DNA from: a virus
Reading direction: 5' to 3' (one strand)
IMG/VR virus record: IMGVR_UViG_3300008255_000097
Span: 123,225-187,224 of that record
DNA: 64,000 nt
A program made the translations under genes and the position numbers. The stretch's first letter is position 1, and the number at the start of each line of letters is the position of its first letter. This document shows positions 40,445-49,409 of this stretch, in pieces. Below the pieces are notes generated by a model that saw nothing but the letters and a program-made list of their open reading frames with translations, did no database searches and was not told the origin of the DNA.

Positions 40445-41077
40445 TTATACCTCCTTTAAATAACTAGTGATTTTAATACCTAACTCTGGATTGTCCTTTA
40501 AAAATCCAACTGCAACATTACAATTATTACAGAGCAATCCTCTTATTTTTCCTGTTTTATGGTCATGATCAACTGCGAGCGACTTATTATTATCTACTGG
40601 AGTCAAACCACATATCTTACATCCACCTTTTTGTTCAGTTAACAGTTCTTCATACTCAACTAATGTTATTCCATACTTTTGTACAAGACATCTATTTTTC
40701 TGAACTCTCCAACCTTTTTTATAGTATTTGTGACGCCTAGTCGGGTTAACTTTTTTTTGTAGTTCTTTTGAACATTCTTTGCAGTGGGAAGCAACTCCAC
40801 TATTACTATCTCCAGCAGTATAAAACTCTATTAATGGTCTTGTTTTTTCACATCCCGGGCAATATTTCATACCCTTCTCTCTATCCTTTCTGGCATCAAG
40901 AGTATATCGTCTTTTAGTTTTTCCTGCTTTTAAAGATTTTGCTCTCTTCCAATCTGTATAACAAACTATACATGAACACTGCCTCCCAGATCGGTTAGAA
41001 TTATCTATATAAAAATCAGTTAATGGTTTTTCTACTTTACATTTTGAACACTTTTTTGTTTTATCGGATATACACAT
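40445..41077 (-). CDS. HNH endonuclease (endonuclease VII-like)
   Basis: LAVDHDHKTGKIRGLLCNNCNVAVGFL. Confidence 0.7.
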   Translation of the reverse strand: MCISDKTKKCSKCKVEKPLTDFYIDNSNRSGRQCSCIVCYTDWKRAKSLKAGKTKRRYTLDARKDREKGMKYCPGCEKTRPLIEFYTAGDSNSGVASHCKECSKELQKKVNPTRRHKYYKKGWRVQKNRCLVQKYGITLVEYEELLTEQKGGCKICGLTPVDNNKSLAVDHDHKTGKIRGLLCNNCNVAVGFLKDNPELGIKITSYLKEV

Positions 41078-41130
41078 ATAAATACTTATGTTCTTGAGCT
41101 CTATTTATATGTGTATATCCACCCCTATCG

Positions 41131-42639
41131 TTAGTCCTTCAATGAAATCTTCTCAATCATATGCACAAGCGCCTTACAGTCCTGCTCCAGCATCTTCATG
41201 ATATCAAAAATCTTATCACTAAATCCGGCAATACAATAGACATCATTCTCTGGGAACATCATGTCACCTTGACCACTAAGATCAAAGCTATAGATCTTCG
41301 GAGTTACATTGAACTTCTTCTTGTATTCCGTAAACTGCTTGGTAGGTGCACCACCAGATATCCACCCTTGCATATCCGAAAAGATAACAATACGGTTGTA
41401 CGCCTTATTTATAGTCTTGAAGATCAAAGGGAAATCTGTTCCATGTCCTACCTGCATCTTTCCACCCGTCACCGATGAAGATGATCCCCAGCCGCTGCTA
41501 TTGTTATGAGTCATAAACTCATCCGCAAGAGCCAGTGCCGGGATTGACGGATTATAATCGATGTACGCCGCACTATTACCGAAGATCATGAAGTCTCCGT
41601 TTTGTGCCTTTGCCATCAGTGCACCAAATATAGACCCGATACCGCGATATGATGTTGGACCATTCCCCATCGATCCAGAGTAATCAACTACAACGAGAGT
41701 ATCACCGTCAAGGACAGGAATATTTGCACAAGAAATATCAAGTGCCTTAGTAAGAGCAACAGTCGCCTTACGAACTCGTGCGGAATCACCCTTGAGGTTA
41801 TTAATTGCAGTTAGAAAGCGGTATGGAAATACCAACGACTTCTTAATCATATGCTCATTAACGAGAACCTCAAGCAACGCGTTGAACGTATCTGCATCAG
41901 CCTGCTCGATAATGTTGTTGATGTTTCGAAGCGCCGCGAAGTAACCGAGCTTCTTCTCTGCAAGCAAAGTCTTCCACGCATCTGCCTTCGCATCTGCCTT
42001 CTCCTCTTCAGTGTTAGAATTCTGACCAGCCGCGGTAAGCTTTGCCTCCCACGTCTCTGTGGAGCGAAGATTATCATTAATAAGACCCTTAAGAGCCTCT
42101 GCATTCTTTTCTGTCGGTGCTGGGCGTACGAGATTAACAACATCTACAAGGGAGACGTTCTTGCCGTCACCACGATACTTTGCTAGCTGGTAACTGTCGA
42201 ACTTTCCAAACGCCTTTGCAAATCCCTTCTTGAGAGAGTTTGGAATTGGCTTGCCATAAGTCCTAAGATAGTAAGCGAGCGTCTCAGTCATATCATCCGG
42301 GCGATAAACAACCTTTGCAAAAAAGTCCTTGGTCCAGTCAGCACCCTTTACGGTATTTGCAACTTCAGCAGCTACAACATGCGTAATTGAACGCATACCG
42401 AATTCATTACGAGCAAAGATTGCAGACTTCGCAAGAAACTCCTTATCAGCAAGCCCTCTGACGAGTTCTTGTGTGCGAGTAACTTGTTCACTTGCCGACC
42501 GATAATATTGATCCTTGATCAATGATGTTAGAAGCAACGAGATAAACTCGAGCTTATCTGTCTGCTTGTATGCTGCTCCACCTGCGCGGTTTATAGTCTT
42601 AGTTGTCTTCTGTGGGATAGCTGAATTGAACCTTGCCAT
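41131..42639 (-). CDS. Ro60-like TROVE domain protein with C-terminal vWA domain
   Basis: N-terminal NRAGGAAYKQTDKLEFISLL resembles TROVE; MIDAS motif LVVVDYSGSMG; 502 aa. Confidence 0.7.
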   Translation of the reverse strand: MARFNSAIPQKTTKTINRAGGAAYKQTDKLEFISLLLTSLIKDQYYRSASEQVTRTQELVRGLADKEFLAKSAIFARNEFGMRSITHVVAAEVANTVKGADWTKDFFAKVVYRPDDMTETLAYYLRTYGKPIPNSLKKGFAKAFGKFDSYQLAKYRGDGKNVSLVDVVNLVRPAPTEKNAEALKGLINDNLRSTETWEAKLTAAGQNSNTEEEKADAKADAWKTLLAEKKLGYFAALRNINNIIEQADADTFNALLEVLVNEHMIKKSLVFPYRFLTAINNLKGDSARVRKATVALTKALDISCANIPVLDGDTLVVVDYSGSMGNGPTSYRGIGSIFGALMAKAQNGDFMIFGNSAAYIDYNPSIPALALADEFMTHNNSSGWGSSSSVTGGKMQVGHGTDFPLIFKTINKAYNRIVIFSDMQGWISGGAPTKQFTEYKKKFNVTPKIYSFDLSGQGDMMFPENDVYCIAGFSDKIFDIMKMLEQDCKALVHMIEKISLKD

Positions 42640-42769
42640 TTTATTCTCCTTAGTTTTTCAGTGAGAAACTCACTGCACTGTTATTACTAAATCCTCCATG
42701 TACCTTACATAGAGGGATTGCACATACCTCTATAATAGAGGCAAGATTGAAAAATGCAACAGGGGGAAC

Positions 42770-43639
42770 TTAGAATATTGCATCAGCAATATCGTAATCG
42801 GTTTCATCGGTGCCGAAATCTTGACTTGTCTGTCCTTTTTTCATAATACCGACCTTTGGAATAACTGTTTTTAGATACATCTTCCAAAGTCTACTGCTTT
42901 GACTGTTTGCATATGAGTCAGGATGGTGTTTCAAATTTTTAATAAATGATTCCAGTCGAGCGTCTCGTTCGATACCTGTTTTTGCAAAATGTTCAATAAG
43001 TGATTCAATTAAACCTATAGCATCATAAACACGCTCTCGGTCTTCTAGGTATGCTACTACTTTATTAAGTAACGTATTTACCAAATCTGGTCTATGTATA
43101 GATAAATGCTTCACATAGGTAGTTATTGACCATATAGGTAAATATTGAATTAGTTCAGACCACTCTTTGCCACGAACAGTTTCATATTTCGCAACATCCT
43201 CTCCGTCAATACTAGTAATCTCCCCTTCTTCACCAGCTAGTTTATTTATTAGAAGTTGCTCTAAATCCTTATACGGCTTCCCGAGAGTTACCATATATTC
43301 AATTAAAAGCTCTGGATTTAGTTTTGGTTCAATTTCAGTCCAGCGATTTTTACCTCTTAGCTCTATATATTTTAACAATAAAAACCCAATATAATCGCCT
43401 AACTCTCCGCCGGTCCTATTCCAATCCGTAATTGCTTGTTTTTCAAGTTGCGGACTAACTATACCGGTACCTAACATATAATTAATATTCTCACTGCCAT
43501 GTAAGAATGGTGTAATTTCTGGCCATGGGTCCATTTCATCGTGTATCAAGCGGCCCACATCGTAATGTGAAATATTACCAGTCTTCTTAAGATGCGTTAA
43601 ATATTTTATAACTAAATCTTCTATTCTATTAGCAACCAC
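42770..43639 (-). CDS. hypothetical protein (frame stays open upstream to about 43864 without an ATG; probably continuous with 43797..44177)
   Basis: 289-aa ORF assigned a GTG start; see the frameshift finding. Confidence 0.45.
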   Translation of the reverse strand: MVANRIEDLVIKYLTHLKKTGNISHYDVGRLIHDEMDPWPEITPFLHGSENINYMLGTGIVSPQLEKQAITDWNRTGGELGDYIGFLLLKYIELRGKNRWTEIEPKLNPELLIEYMVTLGKPYKDLEQLLINKLAGEEGEITSIDGEDVAKYETVRGKEWSELIQYLPIWSITTYVKHLSIHRPDLVNTLLNKVVAYLEDRERVYDAIGLIESLIEHFAKTGIERDARLESFIKNLKHHPDSYANSQSSRLWKMYLKTVIPKVGIMKKGQTSQDFGTDETDYDIADAIF

Positions 43640-43796
43640 AGGATTTGTTTCATGTAAAATTAAATAGCTATTTACAGCATTAGGCTCAGTTACAATAATC
43701 GGTTCTCCTGCTTTCCATATCTTATCCGGAAATACCGTTGCTGCATAATCAACTGCTTTTTCCGCTGCGTTAGGATATGCGCCAGTAGATGCAACT

Positions 43797-44177
43797 TCAA
43801 TTAATTTTTCTGTTTCTTCTTCTGTAAAAATATGGCGCCATTTTTTTTGTTGTTGCTTTTGTAATTATACTATTAATATCAAGAGTAGGAATATAGTCCC
43901 TTTTAGGGTCCATCTTAATAAGATAATACATTTGGTATTTTTTTAAATGTGCTGTTGGATTAACATGTTTAGTTAGCCATAAGATAATATCATTTAGATC
44001 CAATCCCTTAGACCGACCGCCATATTTAATGTTACGTACCTTTTCACCGTAGACTTTAAGCACCTCAAAATATTGTGAGAGGATCTTATATGCTTCTGTG
44101 AAGGGTATTTTTTTGTTTTGTACAGGCAGTGCTAATCGCTCGGTTGCTTCAAAAAAAGTATCAAATCTATGTTTCAT
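43797..44177 (-). CDS. hypothetical protein (possible N-terminal part of a frameshifted gene)
   Basis: 126-aa ORF ending just after an A8 tract (43841..43848). Confidence 0.4.
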   Translation of the reverse strand: MKHRFDTFFEATERLALPVQNKKIPFTEAYKILSQYFEVLKVYGEKVRNIKYGGRSKGLDLNDIILWLTKHVNPTAHLKKYQMYYLIKMDPKRDYIPTLDINSIITKATTKKMAPYFYRRRNRKIN

Positions 44178-44189
44178 ATAAGTATTTAA

Positions 44190-44264
44190 TGGTACTCATA
44201 TCCAGATTCGAACTGGAAATAAGAGTTTAGGAAACTCCTGTGTTATCCCTTACACTATACGAGC
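44190..44264 (-). tRNA. tRNA-Arg(CCT)
   Basis: Anticodon loop TTCCTAA, T-arm TCCAGTTCGAATCTGGA, CCA encoded. Confidence 0.7.
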
Positions 44265-44268
44265 AATA

Positions 44269-44345
44269 TGGCGTCCTTGGAGGGACTCTAACCCCCACTA
44301 TCGACGTTAGAACCGTCGTGCACTATACAATTATACTACAAGGAC
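44269..44345 (-). tRNA. tRNA-Arg(TCT) second copy
   Basis: Anticodon arm CGACG GTTCTAA CGTCG; unusual T-loop TTAGAGT; CCA encoded. Confidence 0.6.
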
Positions 44346-45042
44346 ATAAATTAATACACAGAACATTATCTGTAATAGAGTTAATTTCGTAAAAATACAT
44401 ATTATGTGGTCTTTCATCTCTATACCAGGGATCCAAACCGTTTTCAGTACTTTCTGGATCATAGCACATCTTTAACATAAAGATAAAATTATCAAACGTA
44501 AAAATAGTATATACTTCAAAATATCCAGTATCCACAGTTGATTCTTTTAATAAACTAATATCAATCTTATTAAGAATGTCAACTGCTACTTCTTCAAGAC
44601 AGAAATCGATAGTTTTTGAGCAGTTCGATGTAATTCGTTCCTGTCTATGTTCAAATCTATATGAGAGTCGATCTAGGAAATACTTAATGGATTTAAAAAA
44701 CTCAACATCAATCATATCCTTAATCATTGCGTCATTTTGTGTCGTAGAAACTTCTATCACATTTATACCATCTTTAGTTATCTCATATCCATACCGAGTT
44801 TCTTCATGAATAGCAAGTAATCGATCAGCGCATCTCTCATCTAAAAGCTCCTGTGCATATTGCTTTACATAATTAGATCTAAACGTACCGGAATGTTTAT
44901 TAGTATGTTGTTCAGCTCTTTCACATAGTCGCGCATGCTTAGTTAGATATTGAAAATGCTTATATGGATATTGAATTACCTTATTCATGCCACATATTAT
45001 ATAGGAAACATGAATAAGATAAAGCAAAATTTTGGTTAACAT
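44323..45042 (-). CDS. hypothetical protein
   Basis: 239-aa ORF whose 3' end overlaps the tRNA by about 20 nt. Confidence 0.4.
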   Translation of the reverse strand: MLTKILLYLIHVSYIICGMNKVIQYPYKHFQYLTKHARLCERAEQHTNKHSGTFRSNYVKQYAQELLDERCADRLLAIHEETRYGYEITKDGINVIEVSTTQNDAMIKDMIDVEFFKSIKYFLDRLSYRFEHRQERITSNCSKTIDFCLEEVAVDILNKIDISLLKESTVDTGYFEVYTIFTFDNFIFMLKMCYDPESTENGLDPWYRDERPHNMYFYEINSITDNVLCINLCPCSIIV

Positions 45043-45140
45043 GCTATTTCACGCAGAGCGTGAAACGATGCTCCTTCCACTCTTACATACTTCTAATGGT
45101 AGATGAGCCATATATCAGCCACTAATAACTGTGACAAGAT

Positions 45141-45215
45141 TGGTCCCGTAGAGTGGAGTCGAACCACTTATACACTGCGTATGAAGCAGCTGCCTAGCCG
45201 GTTAGCTTCTACGGG
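45141..45215 (-). tRNA. tRNA-Met/Ile(CAT)
   Basis: Anticodon loop TTCATAC, T-arm AGTGGTTCGACTCCACT, CCA encoded. Confidence 0.7.
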
Positions 45216-45423
45216 GTCATGAGATGCACAGTTTTCTCATCCTTAATATCTAGTTGTGAGCTAAACTTTGGGGAGTAGTGAGGATATAAATTCAGGAACA
45301 ACCCTCTGTTTATAGCCCACACGACACGACCACTTTACTTCGCTGCATTGAATAGTTTGTTATAACATTTTGCTACTATTCACCACAGTTTATGTAGCAT
45401 CTCATCTCTTAGTCGCTTCGAGT

Positions 45424-45497
45424 TGGAACGGGTAACGGGGATCGAACCCGTATCATTAGCATGGCAAGCTAACACTCTACCATTGAGATATACCCGC
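45424..45497 (-). tRNA. tRNA-Gly(GCC)
   Basis: Anticodon loop TTGCCAT, T-arm ACGGGTTCGATCCCCGT, CCA encoded. Confidence 0.75.
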
Positions 45498-45502
45498 AAA
45501 AT

Positions 45503-45576
45503 TGGTTGGCTCGGAAAGATTCGAACTTCCGCAAACTGAGTCAGAGTCAGTTGTGCTACCATTACACCACAAGCCA
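45503..45576 (-). tRNA. tRNA-Gln(CTG)
   Basis: Anticodon loop CTCTGAC, U1-A72, CCA encoded. Confidence 0.7.
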
Positions 45577-45577
45577 T

Positions 45578-46042
45578 TTAAAAAATTGTTGAATGTAGCC
45601 CGATATCATTGTGTCGTCTAGTGAGTGTATCCAATAACTTCTCTACTGTCGGTCCTTCATGATAACCTGTGCTACTGTTAAACTCAAATCCCCAGCCTTT
45701 TACTAAAGAATCAAACGCTTTATCAATTCTCATAAATCGTTCAACATCAATATCATTTAATAAAACACTACCGTTGCGCCTTATAAGAATCTTATCACTC
45801 CAGTTAGGTAATATTATAGAAGCTATTACCCCATTAGTATCCTTCTTTTGTGCTCGTATTCCTTTTGGTGTGTATAATATTTCTAGTATGTTAGAACCTG
45901 CATCAGCTCTGGTTTCCTTCTCTCTAGTTATTTTACCAGGAGTTGCTACTCCCCAAATACGTTCAATACGATCTGCCATGAAATCAAACAACGTGAATAA
46001 ATCACTTTGATTAGTCTCAAAATATAGATTAAACGAGTTCAT
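45578..46042 (-). CDS. hypothetical protein
   Basis: 154-aa ORF. Confidence 0.4.
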   Translation of the reverse strand: MNSFNLYFETNQSDLFTLFDFMADRIERIWGVATPGKITREKETRADAGSNILEILYTPKGIRAQKKDTNGVIASIILPNWSDKILIRRNGSVLLNDIDVERFMRIDKAFDSLVKGWGFEFNSSTGYHEGPTVEKLLDTLTRRHNDIGLHSTIF

Positions 46043-46095
46043 ATAGATATTTATACACTTATGATATATTCCTAAGGAGACCCTGAATAAAAAAT

Positions 46096-46842
46096 ATGCT
46101 GTCTCCTATAAATATTTATATGAAAACAATTTTGGATTCTATAGTTAACATTGATCAGTTTCATTCTGCAAAATATGATGACATTGTTGAAGTCGTCTGT
46201 GCACAATGCTCGCAAACATATAAAAGAAAAAAACGAGATATTAAGGCATATCAACGAAGAAATTTATCTGCAAGTGTATGCAAAAAATGTCAAAATGCTA
46301 ATCAAAAAACCGGCTCAAAAGTACAATGCCCAGAATGTGGAAAGTCTAGCTACAAACCGGTAGAGAAGATATCAAAAGGTTACATATTTTGTAATGCTAC
46401 TTGCTCTACCACATACAATAATAAACATAAAGATTACGGATATAGACGCTCAAAACTTGAAAAATGGATAGAAGATCGGTTAATACAGGACTTTCCAATA
46501 CTTGATATTCATTTTAACTCTAAACAAGCAATCGAAAGTGAACTTGATATTTACATTCCTGCTCTCCGTTTAGGTATTGAATTGAATGGTATCTTTCATT
46601 ATGAGCCTATTTACTCACCGAATCAATTTAAACGAATTCAAAATAATGATCAACAAAAAATTATTGAATGCTATAAACGTGGAATTGAGCTCTGTGTTAT
46701 TGATACTTCAACACAAAAATACTTCTCTGATAAAACATCAGAAAAATATTATGCCATAGTCACTAATATAATTAATCGCTGTTTGAAAAGATTGGAGCAG
46801 ACAGAGGGAATCGAACCCCCGACAGGCTTATCACCTGCTTAA
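46096..46842 (+). CDS. Vsr/DUF559-like PD-(D/E)xK endonuclease with N-terminal zinc fingers (homing-endonuclease-like)
   Basis: C-terminal LDIYIPALRLGIELNGIFHY...GIELCVID fits the DUF559 core (D...IExDG.H); CxxC pairs at the N-terminus; lone plus-strand gene in the tRNA array. Confidence 0.5.
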   Translation: MLSPINIYMKTILDSIVNIDQFHSAKYDDIVEVVCAQCSQTYKRKKRDIKAYQRRNLSASVCKKCQNANQKTGSKVQCPECGKSSYKPVEKISKGYIFCNATCSTTYNNKHKDYGYRRSKLEKWIEDRLIQDFPILDIHFNSKQAIESELDIYIPALRLGIELNGIFHYEPIYSPNQFKRIQNNDQQKIIECYKRGIELCVIDTSTQKYFSDKTSEKYYAIVTNIINRCLKRLEQTEGIEPPTGLSPA

Positions 46843-46885
46843 CCGGATTTGCAGTCCGGCGCCTTAGCCACTCGGCCATATCTGC
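46793..46885 (-). tRNA. class II-type tRNA with GCA anticodon (possible tRNA-Cys on a long-variable-arm scaffold)
   Basis: Anticodon arm CCGGA CTGCAAA TCCGG, 22-nt variable arm, T-arm GGGGGTTCGATTCCCTC, discriminator U73, CCA encoded. Confidence 0.5.
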
Positions 46886-46930
46886 TATTTATTTTTATCA
46901 TCGCCTAACCACTCGGCCACGGGGTCATGT

Positions 46931-47004
46931 TGGAGCCACCTACCAGTATCGAACTGGTATTTGCTGCATACCAAGCAGCTGTTCTACCTTTGAACTAAAG
47001 TGGC
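46931..47004 (-). tRNA. tRNA-Thr(GGT)
   Basis: Anticodon loop TTGGTAT, T-arm ACCAGTTCGATACTGGT, CCA encoded. Confidence 0.75.
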
Positions 47005-47008
47005 ATTA

Positions 47009-47094
47009 TGGTACGGGAGGAGGGACTTGAACCCTCATGCACCATTACTCTAATTATAACCGCCCTGCTTATAAGACAGGTGAGATACTCCCGT
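47009..47094 (-). tRNA. atypical tRNA-like gene (86 nt; anticodon arm CCTGT CTTATAA GCAGG gives TAT; D-arm not resolved)
   Basis: Clear T-arm GAGGGTTCAAGTCCCTC, acceptor ACGGGAG/CTCCCGT and CCA; internal fold is ambiguous. Confidence 0.35.
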
Positions 47095-47110
47095 ATACTA
47101 TTAATATTTA

Positions 47111-47785
47111 TTATCCTATAGTAACTTGATTATTAAAAGCATCTGCTGTAACAGGAAAAAGTTCTTTCATAATTTTAAACATTGCAATAGCATATTGTCT
47201 AATTTCCCATTGGGCATGCTCATCCATACGCAACCGTAAAAAATGCATTAGATTATGGATATCACAATTCACATACACTTCTGTATACAAATTAACAGGT
47301 AGAACCATTCTTGCCATTTCTCTTGCAACATTTTTAGATAACAAATCTTGGTAAAATTTGTATGACTCTCTACAGTGAGTCACCAGATGATCATTCAACA
47401 AATATTGTGTCAATTCTGAACTCTCAACACCGCCTTGCTTATTCTTTGTATCCTGCACTCTCCATCCATCAGGAATATAAAATTCATCTTTCATTTCTGT
47501 GTATCGTGCAGATTGCTCATTAAGACGGAAAGTACGATGGCGAACAAATTGTCTCATAACAAAGATTGGCATCTTTATATTGTATGTTATATTAACCGCT
47601 TCAAATGGGGAAGTATGTCTGTTCATATACAGATATTTCAACAGTTTCATATCCTGCTCTTCACCTTTTGATGGTGCATCATAGCAAATTCGTGCTGTCT
47701 CAACAATTCGTTGATCATTACCTAAATGGTCTATGTATCGCACAAACCCTTTATCCAAAACATCAATCGTAAACCCTTTATCCAT
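47111..47785 (-). CDS. thyX: flavin-dependent thymidylate synthase ThyX
   Basis: ThyX signature RHRTFRLNEQSARY (RHR...S.RY). Confidence 0.8.
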   Translation of the reverse strand: MDKGFTIDVLDKGFVRYIDHLGNDQRIVETARICYDAPSKGEEQDMKLLKYLYMNRHTSPFEAVNITYNIKMPIFVMRQFVRHRTFRLNEQSARYTEMKDEFYIPDGWRVQDTKNKQGGVESSELTQYLLNDHLVTHCRESYKFYQDLLSKNVAREMARMVLPVNLYTEVYVNCDIHNLMHFLRLRMDEHAQWEIRQYAIAMFKIMKELFPVTADAFNNQVTIG

Positions 47786-47803
47786 ATTGTTAAACTTCCT
47801 TAC

Positions 47804-47877
47804 TGGCTCCTAGACCTGGGCTCGAACCAGGAAAAACAGATTAACAGTCTGCTGTGATACCATTTCACCATCTAGGA
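47804..47877 (-). tRNA. tRNA-Asn(GTT)
   Basis: Anticodon loop CTGTTAA, T-arm CCTGGTTCGAGCCCAGG, CCA encoded. Confidence 0.7.
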
Positions 47878-47945
47878 TTCATCTTCACAATTATCAAATG
47901 GGGCCGCTTTTAAGGATTTTCACCTAAGGTCTATCGGCCGGTGAC

Positions 47946-48266
47946 CTATATCTTATCGACACCTGTTTTTTGCAGAAACTCAACAAATTTCTTGCAATCT
48001 TCTCTTCTAAGCTCCCAGCAATCCCAATGACCATATCTACATTGATAGCCGAATATGTATTTAATAGCTACCCAAATACGTTTAAATATATTTCTCCATT
48101 GAACAAGCTGAACTTCGAGATACAGACCTGCATCATCAAAATCTACTATTCCATCCTCATCTGCAAAATACACAAACCGTATAGTGTGATCCGAGCTTGC
48201 ACAAATACAATCAAAATACTCAGTCTTTAGCTGGCTCTGGTAACTGTTCTTCTTTGACTTTTTCAT
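47946..48266 (-). CDS. hypothetical protein
   Basis: 106-aa ORF. Confidence 0.35.
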   Translation of the reverse strand: MKKSKKNSYQSQLKTEYFDCICASSDHTIRFVYFADEDGIVDFDDAGLYLEVQLVQWRNIFKRIWVAIKYIFGYQCRYGHWDCWELRREDCKKFVEFLQKTGVDKI

Positions 48267-48414
48267 ACGGTGGTGGTCCTATTTTAACGAGATGATTTAT
48301 ATCTATACAAACTTTCTGTTGTTGTCTAATAGACTGAGCTTGTGCCATCATTCTTCTTAATTCTTCTAAAGGTATCTGTTGCATGTTATGTCCATAGAGC
48401 ACGACGAATATCAA
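48220..48414 (-). CDS. hypothetical small protein
   Basis: 64-aa ORF bridging two larger ORFs. Confidence 0.25.
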   Translation of the reverse strand: MIFVVLYGHNMQQIPLEELRRMMAQAQSIRQQQKVCIDINHLVKIGPPPYEKVKEEQLPEPAKD

Positions 48415-49012
48415 TAAGTCGTTTTAGATATTCTTGTTCTTCGTCATGTAATTTTTCTTCAAGTATATGAAGATCATCAAACATTTTCTTTACTTCAGGT
48501 GTGTCATTTGAGTTTAAACGTTCAAGCCAATTGTCTCCGCATCCTTCAAATTTCGCATCATGCCATTCTGTGAGCTTATCACTGATTTCCTGCTCACGGG
48601 TTGGATAATTTTTCCACCAATCATAAATTGCGTGAATCTCCTTAGCTACGTGTGCATGTTCAGGGTCGCTATCCCAAGCAATAACCTCGAAACACTTTTC
48701 CTTTTCTACAAAATCAACTAAAAGATTCATCATACCATAAAGAATGAGTTCAACCTTATCACACCACTGTCCTTTATTAAGACCGGTTGGTATTAAGTCA
48801 TACCGACGAAGGAGAAAATTACGAATCCAGTAATAGATATCTTTTGGTTTTGACCAACAGTAGTATGTAATCTCAAACCACATATCTTCAAGGATTGTAA
48901 CAACTCTTGACGGTTTCTTCTTTGTAATAGATTCAATGCTCTTTGTTAATTGTTTGAAATCTTTCATATATACCTCACTAAATGGAGCCACCAGACGGTC
49001 TCGAACCGACAA
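48386..49012 (-). CDS. hypothetical protein
   Basis: 208-aa ORF. Confidence 0.4.
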   Translation of the reverse strand: MSVRDRLVAPFSEVYMKDFKQLTKSIESITKKKPSRVVTILEDMWFEITYYCWSKPKDIYYWIRNFLLRRYDLIPTGLNKGQWCDKVELILYGMMNLLVDFVEKEKCFEVIAWDSDPEHAHVAKEIHAIYDWWKNYPTREQEISDKLTEWHDAKFEGCGDNWLERLNSNDTPEVKKMFDDLHILEEKLHDEEQEYLKRLIDIRRALWT

Positions 49013-49058
49013 CCTGCTGATTACAAATCAGCTGCTCTACCAACTGAGCTATAGTGGC
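48983..49058 (-). tRNA. tRNA-Thr(TGT)
   Basis: Anticodon loop TTTGTAA; T-loop TTCGAGA; CCA encoded. Confidence 0.7.
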
Positions 49059-49062
49059 ATAT

Positions 49063-49137
49063 TGGAGCCGCCAGCCCCACTCGAAGAGGCTTTTCCTGGG
49101 TACAGGCCAGGCGCATCACCGTATATGCTTTGGCGGC
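49063..49137 (-). tRNA. tRNA-like gene with non-canonical anticodon loop (CCTGTAC, C33) and A8; possible pseudogene
   Basis: Good acceptor (GCCGCCA), T-arm and D-arm, but U33 and U8 are missing. Confidence 0.4.
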
Positions 49138-49186
49138 AAGATGAATAAAGAAAATTTAGTAACAGTGTTTTTTGAAGATAAAGTTC

Positions 49187-49214
49187 GAAGTAACCGCTTC
49201 TATCACTTTTATTC
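49187..49214 (+). repeat. tRNA-trailer hairpin repeat copy a (GAAGTAAC...ATCACT...TATT)
   Basis: Member of an 8-copy family, each directly adjacent to the CCA end of a minus-strand tRNA; extended upstream similarity AGTGTTTTTTGAA..AAAGTTC is shared with copy f. Confidence 0.6.
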
Positions 49215-49289
49215 TGGAGCCACTGCAGGGATTCAAACCCTATTATCCGATTTACGAGACCGGCGCATCATCACTTATGCTTCAATGGC
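49215..49289 (-). tRNA. tRNA-Thr(CGT)
   Basis: Anticodon loop CTCGTAA, CCA encoded. Confidence 0.65.
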
Positions 49290-49362
49290 AAAAAAATGAA
49301 CCTCTATAAACTGCCTGTTTAATTACTCTCTTTAAACTACCTATTATTTTTATCTTGTCTTT

Positions 49363-49384
49363 TGGTGACTTAGTCACCTTTTTA
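49363..49384 (+). terminator. rho-independent terminator-like hairpin (plus-strand sense)
   Basis: GGTGAC TTA GTCACC followed by TTTTTATT. Confidence 0.4.
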
Positions 49385-49409
49385 TTAGATGTCTTTTTAG
49401 CTCTAGCAG

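Noticed and set aside
42640-42770. Y RNA directly upstream of the Ro60-like gene
   Set aside because: Only two short hairpins are present. There is no long terminal stem with a conserved Ro-binding bulge, so no call was made.
45380-45577. ORF 45380..45577 (65 aa), and similarly ORFs 52262..52453, 52402..52608, 53100..53327 and 53814..54026
   Set aside because: They overlap tRNA genes extensively or lie on the strand opposite the array, with no RBS. They are treated as spurious.
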